64,000 nucleotides of DNA from an uncultured Acidobacteriota bacterium (lineage in GTDB: Bacteria > Acidobacteriota > UBA6911): NCBI GenBank assembly GCA_963827655.1, contig CAWHCF010000044.1:64001-128000 (forward strand), written 5' to 3'. Of the stretch, positions 61,532 to 64,000 are shown piece by piece. The position numbers were made by a program, and so were the translations under genes. Each line of letters opens with the position of its first letter. Position 1 is the stretch's first letter. The notes under the pieces were generated by a model. It made no database searches. It was given only the letters and a program-made list of their open reading frames with translations, and was not told the origin of the DNA.

Positions 61532-61738
61532 GGGCAATACCTCAAAAAACGTCGAAAAGGGCTTCATTTCAAAGAATTAGATGCGATTGCTTAAAAGCTG
61601 AGTGGCGGTCACCGATTTTTACTCAGCGTGCCGCAACAAAACCGGCCTTTGCGCATCTTCGCAGCAGTTGGAGCGTTAGGACCAAAGACTGCCGCCGAGA
61701 CTCTAAGCAACACGAAGAAAAAAGGAGAGTTTGAACCG

Positions 61739-62356
61739 ATGAAGGAAAACGTCGTGTGCGAAGCTAAACAACTTGCGGCTGACTATCTTCAAGCCTTCGA
61801 GAAGCTCCTGCATCGAGTGGATCTGGATGCCGTCGAAAGGATTGTCGATCTTTTGCGCGCGGCCCGTGACAGAGCGGGAACGATATATGTCGCCGGGAAT
61901 GGCGGCAGCGCCGCCACCGCTTCTCACTGGGTCAACGATCTGGGAAAAGCGACCAAATGCGAGGGCCGGAGGCCGATGCGAGTCATGAGCCTCAGCGACA
62001 ACATCTCATGGTTGACCGCGCTGGCGAACGACGAGGGGTACGAACGGGTCTTTTCAGGGCAGATGGAAAACTTTGCTCAACCTGGCGATGTTCTGATTGT
62101 GATTTCGGCAAGCGGGAATTCGCCCAATCTGCTCAGGGCCGTCGAGCTAGCCCGCGCGCGCGGCGTCGTGACCATAGGGATGCTGGGTTTCGATGGCGGT
62201 GCGTTAAAGGATCAGGTGGATGACTGCCTGTGGCTGCCGACCGAGCGGGGAGCCTATGGCCTGGTGGAGAGCGGTCATTCACTGCTTTGCCACGTCCTGA
62301 CGACCTGTCTGGTACAAGACCGGACGGAAACGAGCACACTCGAGCTAACCACGTGA
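61739..62356 (+). CDS. gmhA: Phosphoheptose isomerase (SIS domain)
   Basis: GNGGSAATASH, TALAND, ISASGNSPN, GFDGG, VESGH. Confidence 0.88.
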   Translation: MKENVVCEAKQLAADYLQAFEKLLHRVDLDAVERIVDLLRAARDRAGTIYVAGNGGSAATASHWVNDLGKATKCEGRRPMRVMSLSDNISWLTALANDEGYERVFSGQMENFAQPGDVLIVISASGNSPNLLRAVELARARGVVTIGMLGFDGGALKDQVDDCLWLPTERGAYGLVESGHSLLCHVLTTCLVQDRTETSTLELTT

Positions 62357-63555
62357 GATCCGCGTTACAACGTCCCACTCAAGCAGTGATCCTGGCTGGC
62401 GGCCGGGGGACGCGTCTGGGCAACCTGACTGCGGCCCGACCAAAGCCTATGGTGGAAATCCACGGTAAGCCCTTCCTGTCTTACCAGATCGAACAGCTCA
62501 GGGATCAAGGCTTCAAACGTATTCTGTTATTGCTGGGGTATCTGCCCGAGGTCGTTCAAGACTACTGCGGTGACGGCAGCCGGTGGGGCGTGAAGGTCGA
62601 GTATTCTGTTTCTGCTGTCGAGGATGATACCGGACGCCGGCTCAAGCTGGCCGCACCTCATCTCGACTCACACTTCCTCTTGCTCTATTGCGACAACTAT
62701 TGGCCGATGCAAATGGAACGCATGTGGCAGAGGTTCACCGCGGCTGACGTCCCGGCCATGATAACGGTGTACAGCAACAAGGATGGTTACACCCGCAACA
62801 GCGTTCGGGTAGATGACGAAGGATATGTGGTTGCATACGATAAGACCTGCGCAAGCGCCGGCCTGGCGGGCGTAGAGATCAGCTACGCGATACTCAACCG
62901 GTCCGTTGTCGACCTGCTCCCCGAGACGAATGTGTCGCTCGAGGAGACTTTATATCCCCTGCTGGTCCAGCGCCGCGAGTTACTGGGCTATGTGACCGAC
63001 CATCGTTACTACAGCATAGGCGCGCAGCACCGGCTGCCGCTCACCGAGAGCTTCCTGGCGCGGCGGCCCGCCGTGATTCTCGATCGCGACGGCGTCTTGA
63101 ACAAGCGGCCGCCGAAGGCACAGTATGTCCGGGCATGGGGGGAATTCGAATGGCTCCCGGGTGCCAGGGAAGCGCTGCGCCTTTTTAACCAGGCTCGATA
63201 CCAGGTGATCGTGGTTTCCAATCAGGCCGGCGTCGGCCGTGGAGCCATGACCGAGTCCGACTTGCGGCAGATCCATGAGAGGATGGCGGTTGAGGTAGAG
63301 GACGCCGGGGGAAGGATTGATGCCCTCTATTACTGCCCGCACGACTGGAATTTCGGTTGTGAGTGCCGCAAGCCAAAACCGGGGCTCCTTTTTCAAGCCC
63401 AGCGCGAACTCAGTCTCGATCTGACCCGGACGCTTTTCATCGGTGACGACGAGCGCGACGCGCAAGCCGCCGCAGCCGCGGGCTGTCCTTCGGCGCTGGT
63501 ATCACCCGAGGAATCTTTAATCGACATTACACGCAAGGTGATAAGCAATGCATGA
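62353..63555 (+). CDS. Fusion of nucleotidyltransferase (HddC-like) and heptose-bisphosphate phosphatase (GmhB-like)
   Basis: ILAGGRGTRLG..PKPM; DRDGVLN, VSNQ, CPH..CECRKPKPG, IGDDERD. Confidence 0.88.
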   Translation: MRSALQRPTQAVILAGGRGTRLGNLTAARPKPMVEIHGKPFLSYQIEQLRDQGFKRILLLLGYLPEVVQDYCGDGSRWGVKVEYSVSAVEDDTGRRLKLAAPHLDSHFLLLYCDNYWPMQMERMWQRFTAADVPAMITVYSNKDGYTRNSVRVDDEGYVVAYDKTCASAGLAGVEISYAILNRSVVDLLPETNVSLEETLYPLLVQRRELLGYVTDHRYYSIGAQHRLPLTESFLARRPAVILDRDGVLNKRPPKAQYVRAWGEFEWLPGAREALRLFNQARYQVIVVSNQAGVGRGAMTESDLRQIHERMAVEVEDAGGRIDALYYCPHDWNFGCECRKPKPGLLFQAQRELSLDLTRTLFIGDDERDAQAAAAAGCPSALVSPEESLIDITRKVISNA

Positions 63556-64000
63556 CAACATGAAAACTGAAACTCCGATCAAGCGTCTTCTGGTGACAGG
63601 GCACAACGGATACGTCGGCTCAGTCATGGCGCCGCACTTGCTGCAGTCGGGATACGAGGTAGTCGGCCTGGATACGGGCTATTTCGGGCAGTGCACGTTC
63701 GTGCCCGACGTAGCGAACATCCCGGTGGTGCGTAAAGACATTCGAGAACTGGAGTCCTCAGACCTGGAAGGATTCGACGCCGTGGTTCATCTGGCGGCTC
63801 TGAGCAACGACCCGATCGGCAATCTCGACGCCGGCTGGACGGATGACATTAATTTTCGAGCTTCCGTGCGCCTGGCTCAACTCGCCAGGGCGGCGGGGGT
63901 GCGACGCTTCCTGTTTTCTTCCTCGTGCATCATGTACGGTATGGCGGATGCGTCGACCGTGACCGAGGATTCTCCGCTTGCGCCGCAGACCGAGTACGCA
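63548..64000 (+). CDS. NAD-dependent epimerase/dehydratase (partial, runs off the right edge)
   Basis: Manual translation LVTGHNGYVGS..GLDTGYF..HLAALSNDP..FSSSCIMYG. Confidence 0.85.
   Translation, partial: MHDNMKTETPIKRLLVTGHNGYVGSVMAPHLLQSGYEVVGLDTGYFGQCTFVPDVANIPVVRKDIRELESSDLEGFDAVVHLAALSNDPIGNLDAGWTDDINFRASVRLAQLARAAGVRRFLFSSSCIMYGMADASTVTEDSPLAPQTEYA

Overview
Bacterial genomic window with moderately high GC; gene style is compatible with an Acidobacteriota-like organism, but that is inference only. The left ~25 kb is housekeeping and accessory genes: spmAB, an S66 LD-carboxypeptidase, an atypical ClpX-like ATPase, a TIGR01212 radical SAM protein, Ldh2, NupC, AtoE, an amidohydrolase, an FkbM methyltransferase, AddAB, an M28-PA-PDZ peptidase, a degenerate MDH-like protein, and TPR, NUDIX and HAD proteins. 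From ~25.5 kb come a LuxR-type regulator, a PilZ protein and a ~1.1 kb leader with phased CGWTGGT motifs and an ops/JUMPStart-like element. A NusG-paralog antiterminator then heads a >36 kb co-oriented surface-glycan locus that runs off the right end. The locus holds wza/wzc, a NodU/SxtI-type carbamoyltransferase, an SxtJ/K-like protein ending IYTLF, several SGNH proteins, CapA-like, methyltransferase and FemABX-like genes, glycosyltransferases, neuBCA, a Wzy/O-ligase-like gene, a CoA-ligase-like gene, wzm/wzt, UbiA, GT-C and heptose genes. The best novelty candidates are (1) a possible carbamoyl relay using a DltX-like C-terminal Tyr motif plus SGNH proteins, (2) a dispersed structured repeat with a compensatory base change, and (3) the ops-like leader with its phased motifs. 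Many genes carry single-base frameshifts, probably long-read assembly errors. No rRNA, tRNA, CRISPR array or intact transposase was seen. All family calls come from motif recognition by eye, not database searches.
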